Source of the DNA: Candidatus Kaiserbacteria bacterium
GTDB taxonomy: Bacteria; Patescibacteriota; Minisyncoccia; Phycocordibacterales; UBA2100
Length of the DNA: 64,000 bases
Assembly (NCBI GenBank): GCA_016217965.1
Contig: JACRFI010000016.1
Coordinates: forward strand, 1,837-65,836
Direction: 5' to 3'
The position numbers and the translations under genes were made by a program. The stretch's first letter is position 1. Each line of letters opens with the position of its first letter. Under the pieces are notes generated by a model, which saw only the letters and a program-made list of their open reading frames with translations, did no database searches and was not told the DNA's origin. Shown here one piece after another: positions 9,731 through 20,069 of the stretch.

Positions 9731-10948
9731 ATGTCGCGGTTTACATACACCGCCGAGAAAGCGGACGGCGAGGTCTACAAAGGCGTTGCGGAAGCGCGCG
9801 ACCGTTTTGACCTCTATACCATCGTCCGGCGCGAAGGCGGGCGCATCATTGGCGTTGATGAGTCGAAGAGCCGTGATCTTCTCAGCCTTTCATATTGGAA
9901 TTCAAAGCTGACCACCGTTTCGGAATACGAGCGAATTCTTCTCGCGCGCAACCTTGGTGCAATGCTTTCGGCCGGCCTCGCTCTTTCCCGCGCGCTCGCC
10001 GTTTTGGAGCGGCAGACAAGGAACGCGAAACTATCGAATGTAGTATCGCAACTTGCGAGCGAAGTGAGGCGCGGCGACCCTCTGCACACTGCACTATCGA
10101 AATTTCCGAATATTTTCTCGAAACTGTTCGTCGCGATGGTGCGCTCGGGGGAAGAAGGGGGAGATTTGCCGCAGTCCCTCTCGGTCATCGCGGACCAAAT
10201 GGAGCGGATGTACAACCTGAAGAAAAAAGTGCGAGGCGCGCTCATCTATCCCGCTATCGTCCTCGGCGCGATAGTCGGCATCGGGGTTCTCATGATGATA
10301 AAAGTGGTGCCGACTCTGGCGCAGACATTTGCCGAAATGGGAGCGGAGTTGCCCGCTTCCACGCAAACCATCATTGCTATCAGTAATTTCCTCGTCCGCT
10401 ACACCATCCTTGCTGCAGCGCTTTTCATTTTTATCGTTGGAAGCATTTATTTTGCGGTTAAAACGCCAGTTGGGGGGCGGGTGCTCGATTTCATTTTCCT
10501 CAAGCTGCCTCTCATCGGAAAATTAGTGCGGGAAGTGAATGCTGCACGCACATCGCGCACGCTCTCCTCGCTCCTTTCATCTGGCGTGGACATGCTTACG
10601 TCCCTAGATATCACCACAGAAGTCATACAAAATAGTTATTTCAAAGAAGTCGTTCAGATTGCAAAAGCGAGCGTTGGAAAGGGCGAACCTCTTTCGGCGG
10701 CGTTCACCAGGCGCGAAGACCTCTATCCGGCGTTCGTGGGGGAGATGATGTCCGTCGGCGAAGAAACGGGGCAACTGACAGAAATGATGAAGCGCCTTGC
10801 TATCTACTATGAGGACGAAGTGGATAGGCAGACGAAAGATATGTCGACCGTTATCGAACCGTTCCTCATGGTATTCATCGGCGGCGCTGTCGGATTCTTT
10901 GCAGTCTCGATGATCTCTCCGATATATTCTCTTTCGCAGGCGATTTGA
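9731..10948 (+). CDS. pilC: type IV pilus platform protein PilC/GspF
   Basis: MLSAGLALSRAL, MVRSGEEGG, ALIYPAIV, VGEETGQL, IEPFLMVFIGGAVG. Confidence 0.92.
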   Translation: MSRFTYTAEKADGEVYKGVAEARDRFDLYTIVRREGGRIIGVDESKSRDLLSLSYWNSKLTTVSEYERILLARNLGAMLSAGLALSRALAVLERQTRNAKLSNVVSQLASEVRRGDPLHTALSKFPNIFSKLFVAMVRSGEEGGDLPQSLSVIADQMERMYNLKKKVRGALIYPAIVLGAIVGIGVLMMIKVVPTLAQTFAEMGAELPASTQTIIAISNFLVRYTILAAALFIFIVGSIYFAVKTPVGGRVLDFIFLKLPLIGKLVREVNAARTSRTLSSLLSSGVDMLTSLDITTEVIQNSYFKEVVQIAKASVGKGEPLSAAFTRREDLYPAFVGEMMSVGEETGQLTEMMKRLAIYYEDEVDRQTKDMSTVIEPFLMVFIGGAVGFFAVSMISPIYSLSQAI

Positions 10949-10951
10949 TGC

Positions 10952-13198
10952 ATGTCGGAGATGAAAGACAGCTTGGGAGGTGGGGAACATGCTCTTGAAC
11001 TTGAGGAGCAGGTAGAAAAACGGCACGGTGACATATACATAAATCTCTATGAGAAGAATAAAAAAAGAGAATGGGTCGAGGACCCGGAAGATAAAACAAA
11101 AAAAATCGAAAAACCAGCAGCATTTGCAAAGCTACACGAGTATGAAGATTTTTTTTACATCAAGTACATGTATGTGGATCCCGAATACCGGGAAAAGGGC
11201 ATCGGGAGTAAGTTTTTGCATCCAAAAATAAAGCGGTTCTTGGATGCTCAAACTGGTACAAAAAAGCTCGGACTTCGTTTTAGTGAGCGTTCCTATGACC
11301 ACGCTGAGCCTGAAATAGCGGCTGATCTCGGATGGAAGAAATTGTCTTCACGCCCTTGGTATATGTATGTGCCTGAGGGTGCCAGTATGCCCGATGAAGA
11401 ACGCGTCATGCAAATGATACTCACTGCGGCGCCAGAATACGAAGAGTATTTGGTTCGCTCTGGAGCGCGTGGAGTAACACTCATCGACACCATCGTCGGC
11501 ACGGCGCTTCTTGTGCTTGTCTTTGTTGGGATTACTGCCGCATTTCAGCTCTCTGTTGATGTCGTGACAAATAATAAAGCGAGGGCGGGGGCCATCGCGC
11601 TTGCGAACGAGCGTATCGAATACATCCGCAGCCTTCCGTATGATTCTGTCGGCACAACGGGCGGCGTTCCAGCGGGGACTATCGTCCAGACGGAAGCTGT
11701 GGAACTGAATGGCATTTCCTACACACGCCGCACCATCATTCTCTATCGTGACGACCCGAAAGACGGCACGGGCGCGGGGGATACCAATGCGAACACCGCC
11801 GATTACAAAGCGGCAAAAACTGAAGTTTCGTGGGTGCCGCGCCAGGGCGGGCTTCGCAAAATTTCGCTTACAACTCGCGTTTCTCCCATCGGCATCGAGC
11901 AGGCGGTGCCGGGTGGAACACTTGCGCTCAGTATCCTGAACGCTGGTGCCGCGCCTGTCCCCGACGCACAGGTATTCATACAGAACAACAGCACGTTTCC
12001 CACGATACAAATGACTCTGTTTTCAGATGCTAACGGGAACGTAACAGTCATCGGGGCCCCCGCCAGTGCTGGGTATCGAATAGTGGTATCGAAAAGCGGA
12101 TACTCGACGGCGCAAACGTACGATTCGTCCGCGGAGAATACGAATCCGACGCCGGGGCATCTCACTGTTGCGTTGAACCAGACGACATCGTTCCCATTTT
12201 CGATAGACGTTATATCAATTAAGAACGTAAGGACATTTTCTCCTGTCGAGTCGTCGACAACAACTGACCCGCTGAATGACTCATCAAGCATTGCGGATAT
12301 CGCAAATGTTGAGATCGTGGGGGGCAGCGCAAAACTTGTCGGGCCTGCGCCCCACTCGACGCCAGGGCATCTGCGCTCTACTGCGATCGCGCCGACATAT
12401 CTGCAGGCGTGGAGAATGTTCAATTGGAGCGATGTGAAGCCAGCTCAAACAAATATCCTGCACCGCCTATACTCAGGTGATGGAAGCCAGCTGATTCCAG
12501 ATGAGATGGTGCCGGGGAATAGTTTGGGGTTCAGCATGCCGCCTATCGATATTTCACTTGTTTCGACCACAACGTATCCATCACTCGCACTCCATGCAAC
12601 ACTTGGCACTGCAGACGAGAATACAACGCCTGAACTCTTGATGTGGGAAGTATCGTACGACGAAGGCCCGATCCCGCTTCCCAACATCACGTTTGGGTTG
12701 AAGGGTGCAAAGACAATCGGGAATGGCCCGGGCGGGCTTGTCTACAAATACAGTACGACCACACTCGCGACAGGAGCGACAGCAGGCGTCGGCGTCGGCA
12801 ATCTTGAGTACGACACATACACGACGACTGTTGATTCGGCGACGGGATACGACATTGCCTCGTCATGCGAGCCGCAACCAGAGAGCCTTCCCCCCAACAC
12901 CTACCAAGAAACAAAACTTATTCTTGTTCCCCACACAACTAATTCGCTTCTTGTGGACGTGAGAGCGAATAATGCGCTTGTCCCGAATGCAACGGTGCGC
13001 CTGTATCGGTCGCCCGGATACAACATCACGGAAACAGCAGATTATTGCGGCCAAGCGTTCTTTGAAGGTCTTGGAGTTGGGACGCAGGGGGGCGGAAACC
13101 CGTATTCAATAGAAGTATCGGCGCCCGGATATGCCACCTTTAATGCGGCGGATGTGAATGTGTCAGGGACTTCACGGCTGTCGGTAGTGCTAAATTAG
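10952..13198 (+). CDS. pilin-like protein with large beta/Ig-like C-terminus, fused in-frame to an N-terminal GNAT-like segment
   Basis: Prepilin site RG|VTLIDTIVGTALLVLVFVG at aa 174 (nt 11471); N-terminus has YVDPEYREKGIGS (GNAT motif A-like). Confidence 0.7.
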   Translation: MSEMKDSLGGGEHALELEEQVEKRHGDIYINLYEKNKKREWVEDPEDKTKKIEKPAAFAKLHEYEDFFYIKYMYVDPEYREKGIGSKFLHPKIKRFLDAQTGTKKLGLRFSERSYDHAEPEIAADLGWKKLSSRPWYMYVPEGASMPDEERVMQMILTAAPEYEEYLVRSGARGVTLIDTIVGTALLVLVFVGITAAFQLSVDVVTNNKARAGAIALANERIEYIRSLPYDSVGTTGGVPAGTIVQTEAVELNGISYTRRTIILYRDDPKDGTGAGDTNANTADYKAAKTEVSWVPRQGGLRKISLTTRVSPIGIEQAVPGGTLALSILNAGAAPVPDAQVFIQNNSTFPTIQMTLFSDANGNVTVIGAPASAGYRIVVSKSGYSTAQTYDSSAENTNPTPGHLTVALNQTTSFPFSIDVISIKNVRTFSPVESSTTTDPLNDSSSIADIANVEIVGGSAKLVGPAPHSTPGHLRSTAIAPTYLQAWRMFNWSDVKPAQTNILHRLYSGDGSQLIPDEMVPGNSLGFSMPPIDISLVSTTTYPSLALHATLGTADENTTPELLMWEVSYDEGPIPLPNITFGLKGAKTIGNGPGGLVYKYSTTTLATGATAGVGVGNLEYDTYTTTVDSATGYDIASSCEPQPESLPPNTYQETKLILVPHTTNSLLVDVRANNALVPNATVRLYRSPGYNITETADYCGQAFFEGLGVGTQGGGNPYSIEVSAPGYATFNAADVNVSGTSRLSVVLN

Positions 13199-13229
13199 TC
13201 ACCAGTCATTAGTCATAAGTCACAAGAGC

Positions 13230-13862
13230 ATGCAATTCCCCAAAAACACTCATGACTGCAGACTCATGACCCATGACTGTTCGCGTTCACGCGGCATGAC
13301 ATTCATTGAGGTACTTGTTTCCATAGCGGTGTTCGTGTTCGCTATTATCGCCATCGTTTCTTCGGTTCTGTACTTCTATCGCACGAACACATATGCCATC
13401 GAGCAGGCGAGCGCTGTCTCAAGCGCGCAGCGCGGCATCGAGGAAACGGTGAAAACCATTCGTGAGGCGTCATATGCATCAAATGGCGCGTATCCTGTCG
13501 TGTCGATTGCGCCGAACGACTTTACGTTCTATGCGGACATTGATGCAGACCCATTCGTCGAACGTATCCGGTATTATGTGCAAGGGACATCGTTCTTCCG
13601 CGACGTTACGAACCCGGCGGGCGACCCGCCTACGTATGGCGCGCCACAAACGACCTCGGTCATCTCGGAGACAGTACGCAATATCGAACAGGGCATTCCG
13701 ACATTCCAATACTATAATTTAACTGGAGGGGAGATAACGAACTTTGCGCAGATAGCGGAAGTGCGGCTTGTCACAATGAATATCGTGGTCAACGTGGACC
13801 CGTACCGGTTGCCGAACCAATTAACACTGCGCTCGAATGCGGCACTCCGAAACCTGAAATAG
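13230..13862 (+). CDS. minor type IV pilin (prepilin N-methylation motif)
   Basis: RG|MTFIEVLVSIAVFVFAIIAIV. Confidence 0.85.
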   Translation: MQFPKNTHDCRLMTHDCSRSRGMTFIEVLVSIAVFVFAIIAIVSSVLYFYRTNTYAIEQASAVSSAQRGIEETVKTIREASYASNGAYPVVSIAPNDFTFYADIDADPFVERIRYYVQGTSFFRDVTNPAGDPPTYGAPQTTSVISETVRNIEQGIPTFQYYNLTGGEITNFAQIAEVRLVTMNIVVNVDPYRLPNQLTLRSNAALRNLK

Positions 13863-13878
13863 TCCAAAGTCCAAAGTC

Positions 13879-15411
13879 ATGAGTCATAAGAAAATACAAA
13901 AGAATAGATTGCGTCCCACTGATGACTCAAGACTCATGACTCATGACTGCTCGCGAAGCTCGCGTGGTGTGACCATCATTCTCGTCGTTGCCTACATGGC
14001 AATTTTCGCGCTCGTCTTAGGCACTATCACGAGCTACTCCTTCATGCAGGCGCGCTACGGTAGGGCACTTTTTGCCAGGGAACAGGCCGTCCAAATTGCC
14101 GAAGCAGGGCTCGAATACTACCGATGGTTCCTCTCGCACACGGCAAGTGTCATGCAGAATGGGGTGGGACTCGAAACGCCGGTCACATATGTGGTGAGCG
14201 ATCCAGAAACGACGCGCATCGGTGATGCGACGGTGAGCGCAATCATCGCGTCTGCATGCGGCGTTCCGCAGTATGCCAATATCACATCGCTTGGCCGCTC
14301 CGACCAAAATCCGTCATTTACCCGCACGCTGCTCGCGCGTTACATGCGCCCGTCTGTTGCGGAATATTCGCACATCGTGAATCAGAACGTATGGGCTGGG
14401 TCAGATAGAAACATAACCGGCGCATACCATTCGAATGGCGGTGTGCGGATGGACGGCACGAACAATTCTGACGTGACGAGCGCGGTTTCTACGTGGATAT
14501 GCGATTCAGGCTTCGGGTGCGCACCGACGAATAACAGTGCTCCAGGCGTGTTCGGCTCCGGCTCCGGGAGCGCATTGTGGGACTACCCTGAGCCGCAGAT
14601 AAGCTTTGAAGGTATCGGCTCCAATTTTTCCGCGCTTCGCGGCTACGCGTATGTAGACGGCATTCTCTTATCCGGGACGACGACCCGCGTAAATGGCGCA
14701 CAGCAGGGGGGTTCGTATTCATCAGTTGCGGCGAGTGACCAGCGTGGATATCGGCTCGTATTCAATTCGAATGGCACAGTCAGCATCTACCGGGTGACTG
14801 GCACTTCATATGTTCGCGGATACAACAACATGCTTGGCTGGCATAACGATTACTCCATTATCTCGAGCTCGGTTTCTCTCGGCACATTCACACCGCCATC
14901 AGACTGTGCGCTCATCTATGTGAACGCTAAAACGTGGATAGAAGGAACTGTTTCCGGAAAAATAACGCTCGTCGCCGCAGACACCGGCTCGTACAGCCCG
15001 GATGTGATCTTCAATAACAACCTTACGTATGCCACAGCAGACGGCTCTACTGGGCTCACCGTTATCGCAGAGCGCTCGATCCAGGTGCCGCTCGTGTCGC
15101 CTGACACAATGACGATACGAGGTATCTTCGTCGCCCAAAGTGGCTTATTCGGGCGCAATCATTTCACCTCGTCTGGCTCGAATGAAGTGCCATCACAATA
15201 TGACCAGTATGTTTCGCAATCGACGCTGACAACGAACGGCTCCGTGGTATCGAATCTGCGCGTCGGGACAAAGTGGATCTGCGGCGGCACGTACTGCTCT
15301 GGGTATAATACGCGTGTCGACAATTACGACCGTGTGCTTGCGCTTGATCCGCCGCCATTTACGCCCGCTGCGTCGACGGACTACAAATTTGTACTATGGC
15401 GCGAGCAGTAA
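13879..15411 (+). CDS. PilX-like minor pilin with large C-terminal domain
   Basis: RG|VTIILVVAYMAIF lacking E5, AVQIAEAGLEYY; C-terminal YDRVLALDPPPFTP. Confidence 0.75.
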   Translation: MSHKKIQKNRLRPTDDSRLMTHDCSRSSRGVTIILVVAYMAIFALVLGTITSYSFMQARYGRALFAREQAVQIAEAGLEYYRWFLSHTASVMQNGVGLETPVTYVVSDPETTRIGDATVSAIIASACGVPQYANITSLGRSDQNPSFTRTLLARYMRPSVAEYSHIVNQNVWAGSDRNITGAYHSNGGVRMDGTNNSDVTSAVSTWICDSGFGCAPTNNSAPGVFGSGSGSALWDYPEPQISFEGIGSNFSALRGYAYVDGILLSGTTTRVNGAQQGGSYSSVAASDQRGYRLVFNSNGTVSIYRVTGTSYVRGYNNMLGWHNDYSIISSSVSLGTFTPPSDCALIYVNAKTWIEGTVSGKITLVAADTGSYSPDVIFNNNLTYATADGSTGLTVIAERSIQVPLVSPDTMTIRGIFVAQSGLFGRNHFTSSGSNEVPSQYDQYVSQSTLTTNGSVVSNLRVGTKWICGGTYCSGYNTRVDNYDRVLALDPPPFTPAASTDYKFVLWREQ

Positions 15412-16283
15412 CCATTCTTGTTATAGTGTTGCTTGCGGGTATCGCATCCGCGGACCAATTTAATGACAATTATTTCCAACAGCCGGGGGATCCACCACTT
15501 GATCTCACACACGAAAGTGGGGAAAAGGGTGGATACATACCAGAACCGCCTCCCAGCAACGAAGATGATTCTGAGGAAGATGAGAAAACAAACGATGTTC
15601 CTGTCGTGCCTCCCCAGCAAACTGTAATAGAAACCGAAGAAGATGCGCTCCAGGTTCTTGTCGAAGAAGGGGCGGTGAGCGTCGAAGATGCGGGAGTAGC
15701 GGCAATCGGGATCGAGGAGGACGACGGCGGAGGGTACAGCATCGTAGTTGATGGCGACAAAGTGCGGGCCTCCGCAGGCAGCAATGTCGATATTGGAAGC
15801 GTTCTCAAATTCTGGAGAGGCATAAAAGGGAAATTCTCGACCAGTAAGGGAAAAAATGTCGCGAATAAGGGGCGACTGACAACAGGAGAGTACTATGCGC
15901 TCATCGCAAGCGAGCTTGCGGTCGATGACGAAAATCTTGATGAAGCAGCACTTTCGGCGTCCCGTTTCGAGATATCGTATCGTTCTCGGGGCAAACTGTT
16001 TGCGCTTATACCACTTTCGTTCCCCGTCCGTGTGGAGGTGACAGGTGCCGCAGAGATTTCGGCTGACCGCGTGCATATAAAACTACCGTGGTACCGGTGG
16101 TTTGTGCGCAAGTACTTCTCCGCAAGCTCGCTGGCCTCTGAAGTGGATGCAGTAGTCCTTAAAGAATTATCGGCGCTTCCACCGGAAGCGGAAGATGTGC
16201 AAGCCGTCCTATTCACTGCGGTCACGGACTTTTTACGCCAGAAAGTGCAGACTATTTCTGACTCGATCCTACTTGGTGCTTGA
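15396..16283 (+). CDS. secreted hypothetical protein
   Basis: Signal peptide, acidic Pro-rich linker, C-terminal GKLFALIP...VHIKLPWYRWF. Confidence 0.65.
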   Translation: MARAVTILVIVLLAGIASADQFNDNYFQQPGDPPLDLTHESGEKGGYIPEPPPSNEDDSEEDEKTNDVPVVPPQQTVIETEEDALQVLVEEGAVSVEDAGVAAIGIEEDDGGGYSIVVDGDKVRASAGSNVDIGSVLKFWRGIKGKFSTSKGKNVANKGRLTTGEYYALIASELAVDDENLDEAALSASRFEISYRSRGKLFALIPLSFPVRVEVTGAAEISADRVHIKLPWYRWFVRKYFSASSLASEVDAVVLKELSALPPEAEDVQAVLFTAVTDFLRQKVQTISDSILLGA

Positions 16284-17318
16284 GATGGTACGAGCGATTT
16301 GTGTTTTCACAGAGAAATCGCGCCGCAGCTCTCTTTTTGTTACTTGAAATATGACATTCTCGATTTTGCGCATGAATCTCTCTACTACTTGGGCTGTATT
16401 GCCCGTACCATACTTGATTTGAAATTCGCGAGAAGGTTGATTCCCGAACTTCGTCACGTACGCATCAACCAACTCTGGATCGATGCCCGTATCCGCGAGT
16501 TGAGTCATAACACTGCTCCGAATGTCCTGGTTTCCAGAAAATAACTGGCGGAATACAGGCATCAGCAACTGTTCAATATCTGCTGTCCATCCATGTTCCG
16601 CCAGCGATTCTAAGAAATTTTTGGCATCTGATGAACGCATCATTGCGATGACACAATCTTCAGCACGATCTTCTGAATACACGAAGCCGAGTCTTTGCAG
16701 TTGTGCCGTCGCCATATCAATCTGCAGTCTACGAGCCTGTGCCCCGCGCTGATAGTCTTGGAAGAGAGACTGTAGATCAACTTCCACACGTTTCAGCTCG
16801 TCCTCGGTAAGTTTGAATTCGCGAAGCATGCGCTTTGTCGTCTTCCATGTGTTCTGTAAATGTTTGCTCATCAGTGCAGTCACAAGTGATTCAATCCCCC
16901 TGCGATCATGTGCAAGAAATATATTCGTATGTTTCGCCATAATGTTAATAGAAGGCCGTATTCGTTTTGAAGATAATGTGGCCAGATATTCTCTCGCAAT
17001 GTCTGCAGCCGGTTTTGATCGAGGGAACTCGTGTTCGAGGATGAACGGAAGAAATATCATACAGAAACGCAAGGCATTGTTTCCCATTTCTTGCACGAGA
17101 ATCTCATACTGTTTTACTGCTCGCTTAAATACAGGATCTTGTTCTCGTTCCATATCAGGCAACGTAAGAAGCCTATTAGCATCTGCGGGACCTACCAGAT
17201 CTATCATCCGTTGAACTTGCTTGCCTATGGCATCTGAAATTTCATCAGCAGAATCTACTCTGGCCTTGCCGACTCGTTCAATCACAGATTTCCGTGGTCT
17301 AGGAACGTCAATCGTCAT
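16269..17318 (-). CDS. hypothetical helical protein (orphan)
   Basis: 349-aa ORF, convergent with upstream gene; no motif recognised. Confidence 0.6.
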   Translation of the reverse strand: MTIDVPRPRKSVIERVGKARVDSADEISDAIGKQVQRMIDLVGPADANRLLTLPDMEREQDPVFKRAVKQYEILVQEMGNNALRFCMIFLPFILEHEFPRSKPAADIAREYLATLSSKRIRPSINIMAKHTNIFLAHDRRGIESLVTALMSKHLQNTWKTTKRMLREFKLTEDELKRVEVDLQSLFQDYQRGAQARRLQIDMATAQLQRLGFVYSEDRAEDCVIAMMRSSDAKNFLESLAEHGWTADIEQLLMPVFRQLFSGNQDIRSSVMTQLADTGIDPELVDAYVTKFGNQPSREFQIKYGTGNTAQVVERFMRKIENVIFQVTKRELRRDFSVKTQIARTISSTK

Positions 17319-17413
17319 TCCTTAAGGGTATCTTGACTTGCCCGTAGCTTCAAATGCTGGCGTAGCATAATATTCCTATCTTTACCACGGGGAGGACATG
17401 CTACAATCGCGCC

Positions 17414-18166
17414 ATGTCGAAGGCGCTCATTGTGGCGAATTGGAAAATGAACCCGGCGACGTTCAAAGAAGCAAGAAAACTGCTCGACGAAACACAGAAA
17501 GCTGCGGAACGAACAAAAATCTCGGTTGTTATCGCGCCGCCCGCAATTTTCTTACGCGAATTTACCTCTCGCTCGAGAGGTGCGCGCATCTCCTTTGCGG
17601 CGCAGCATGCACACCAAGAGGCGGGCGGCGCACATACCGGCGAAATTTCTATCCAGCAAATGAGGGACGCGAAAGCAAAATACGTGCTCATCGGCCATGC
17701 GGAGCGCCGCGCTCGGGGAGAGACGAACGATGATACGAGGCTTAAAGTTGCCGCATCGCTCGCAAAGGGCCTTACGCCCATCCTGTGTGTTGGCGAAACA
17801 AAACGTACGCAGAGCGGCGAATATTTCAATGTGATAGCCGAGCAGCTACGAACGGCGCTCGCGGATGTTGCTGCGAACAAACTCGCTCACATCATCATCG
17901 TGTACGAGCCACTCTGGACGATAGGGTCGGACAAAACGATGGACCCTCGCGAGATGCAGATGATGGCGATTTTCATTCGAAAGACCATTGTGGATTCATT
18001 CGGCGAAGGCGGACACGATATAAGAATACTCTATGGAGGTTCGGTAGATGCGGCGAGTGCACCTGCAATGCTTCGGGATGGAGATGTCCACGGTCTCCTC
18101 GTCGGGCGGGCGAGTTGGAGTGCGGTAGAATTTGCGCATCTTTTAACCGCTGCAGAAAATGCATGA
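17414..18166 (+). CDS. tpiA: triosephosphate isomerase
   Basis: VANWKMN, GAHTGEIS, IGHAERR, VYEPLWTIG, ILYGGSV, GLLVGRAS. Confidence 0.95.
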   Translation: MSKALIVANWKMNPATFKEARKLLDETQKAAERTKISVVIAPPAIFLREFTSRSRGARISFAAQHAHQEAGGAHTGEISIQQMRDAKAKYVLIGHAERRARGETNDDTRLKVAASLAKGLTPILCVGETKRTQSGEYFNVIAEQLRTALADVAANKLAHIIIVYEPLWTIGSDKTMDPREMQMMAIFIRKTIVDSFGEGGHDIRILYGGSVDAASAPAMLRDGDVHGLLVGRASWSAVEFAHLLTAAENA

Positions 18167-19299
18167 AAATTATTACTGATCTTCCCGCGAGTGATTTGAA
18201 AGGAAAGCGGGTTGTTGTGCGTGCAGATTTTAATGTGCCTATTGGGCAGGATGGAGAAGTTGCGGAAGCCTTTCGCCTAAAACAAGGATGGAGCACCATC
18301 CAATATTTGAAAGAAAGGGGCGCGAAAGTCATCGTGCTTTCGCACATCGGCAGGAAGCCGGAAGAGACGCTCGCGCCAGTAGGGAGGGCGCTCAAGCACA
18401 TTGGACAGGCTGTGTATGTTCCGGATCTCTTGGGGCCAGCCGCGAGGGGCGCTGTCCAGTCGATCAAAGATGGCGAAGTGTTACTTTTGGAGAACGTGCG
18501 CAGTGACGCGAGAGAGACGGAAAATGATGAGTCGCTTGCGAAAGAGCTTGCCTCGTATGGAGAACTTTTTGTGAATGACGCTTTTGCAGCGGCGCATCGC
18601 GCACATGCCTCGACAGTCGGCATCGCGAAATTCCTACCATCGTACGCAGGACTCCTTGTCCGCGACGAAGTGTTGCAGCTTGAGGCAGCTTTGTCTCCCC
18701 AAAGTCCCTCGTTCGCAATCCTTGGAGGCGCGAAATTCGAAACAAAAGCGCCACTCATAAAATCCCTTCTGCAGAATTATGATCATTTGTTCATCACGGG
18801 TGCGCTTGCGAACGATGTTTTCAAGGCTCGAGGGCTTCCTGTTGGGCGCTCGCTTATCTCAAAAGAATTGCCGAGTGAAGATATCTTGAAACACCCGGGC
18901 TTTATTGCTCCTGTTGACGTGACCGCGGAACGCTCCGACGGGCAAGCGCGAGTAAAAGAACCGGAAGATGTCGAAGCTGACGATAAAATTGTCGATATAG
19001 GGCCGGATTCTTTGGCGCTCATCGCACCATACATTGAAAAAGCTAATTTTATTCTTTGGAACGGCCCCACCGGCCTCTACGAAGATGGCTACACGTCGTG
19101 GACGCATGCAATCGCTGTACTTGTTGCAAAGGCTCATGCGCGAGGCGCATCTGTAGTTATCGGTGGCGGCGATACTATCGCAGCTATCGAAGGGTCAGGC
19201 ATAAAACAGTCTGACCTTGGATTTCTCTCAACAGGTGGCGGCGCTATGCTTGAGTATCTTATGAAAGGAACACTTCCTGCGATTGAGGTTTTGGGGTAG
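18163..19299 (+). CDS. pgk: phosphoglycerate kinase
   Basis: RADFNVP, LSHIGR, LLENVR, FVNDAFAAAHRAHAS, WNGPTG, GGGDT, STGGGAMLEY; start ATG 18163 overlaps tpiA stop. Confidence 0.96.
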   Translation: MKIITDLPASDLKGKRVVVRADFNVPIGQDGEVAEAFRLKQGWSTIQYLKERGAKVIVLSHIGRKPEETLAPVGRALKHIGQAVYVPDLLGPAARGAVQSIKDGEVLLLENVRSDARETENDESLAKELASYGELFVNDAFAAAHRAHASTVGIAKFLPSYAGLLVRDEVLQLEAALSPQSPSFAILGGAKFETKAPLIKSLLQNYDHLFITGALANDVFKARGLPVGRSLISKELPSEDILKHPGFIAPVDVTAERSDGQARVKEPEDVEADDKIVDIGPDSLALIAPYIEKANFILWNGPTGLYEDGYTSWTHAIAVLVAKAHARGASVVIGGGDTIAAIEGSGIKQSDLGFLSTGGGAMLEYLMKGTLPAIEVLG

Positions 19300-19308
19300 T
19301 CTCGAAGC

Positions 19309-20001
19309 ATGCAGGCTGTTGTACTTGCCGCGGGTCTAGGAACGCGGATGGGGGAATGGACAAAAACGAAACCGAAATCGCTCGTTGAAATTGCTGGGAA
19401 GACGATTCTCGAGCATAAATTTGATGAGTTCCCGGAACCAATAGATGAACTGGTGCTTGTGATAGGTCATTTTGGCGAGCAAATTCGAGCGAAATTTGGC
19501 AATGTCTACAAAGGAAAAAAAATTACCTACGTCGATTGCCCGAACCCAGTGGGGGGGACGATGTATGCTCTCGCATGCGCGAGATCAGTTTTGCATGGAA
19601 GATTTCTTGCAACAAACGGGGACGATATCCATCTGAAAGGCGACATTGAGAACTGTTTGCAACACGAATGGGCACTTGCCATCATGCAATTGGCTGACCT
19701 GGGAACTGCTTCGAAAGTTGAAATTGACGCAAGTGGAAAGATTTTGAATATTGTCGAAGCGGACACACATGGGGGCGGTGCCGGGCTTGGTGGCGTTGGC
19801 CTGTACATTCTCGATCAAAGAGTTTTCGATGTACCGCCTGTTGTAGTGCGCGGACGCACCGAAACTGGTCTCCCACAGACGATGGTGGCCGCGTCCAAAG
19901 CGCTAGGTATACCAATAACGACTGTTAAGGTCTCGAAAGTTGTACACATCACAACACTTCGTGACGTGGTGGCCGCAGAAGCGGAGAAAATATTTGGGTA
20001 A
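19309..20001 (+). CDS. sugar-phosphate nucleotidyltransferase family protein
   Basis: AVVLAAGLGTRMGEWTKTKPKSLV, NGDD. Confidence 0.85.
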   Translation: MQAVVLAAGLGTRMGEWTKTKPKSLVEIAGKTILEHKFDEFPEPIDELVLVIGHFGEQIRAKFGNVYKGKKITYVDCPNPVGGTMYALACARSVLHGRFLATNGDDIHLKGDIENCLQHEWALAIMQLADLGTASKVEIDASGKILNIVEADTHGGGAGLGGVGLYILDQRVFDVPPVVVRGRTETGLPQTMVAASKALGIPITTVKVSKVVHITTLRDVVAAEAEKIFG

Positions 20002-20069
20002 GAAATCCACACCCGTGGCGTCAGAGGGTGTATGATAACCGCATTACTTATTAGCGCCCTTTCATATCT

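Noticed and set aside
17785-18162. 126-aa N-terminal extension of PGK
   Set aside because: It overlaps tpiA in another frame; PGK homology starts at ATG 18163.
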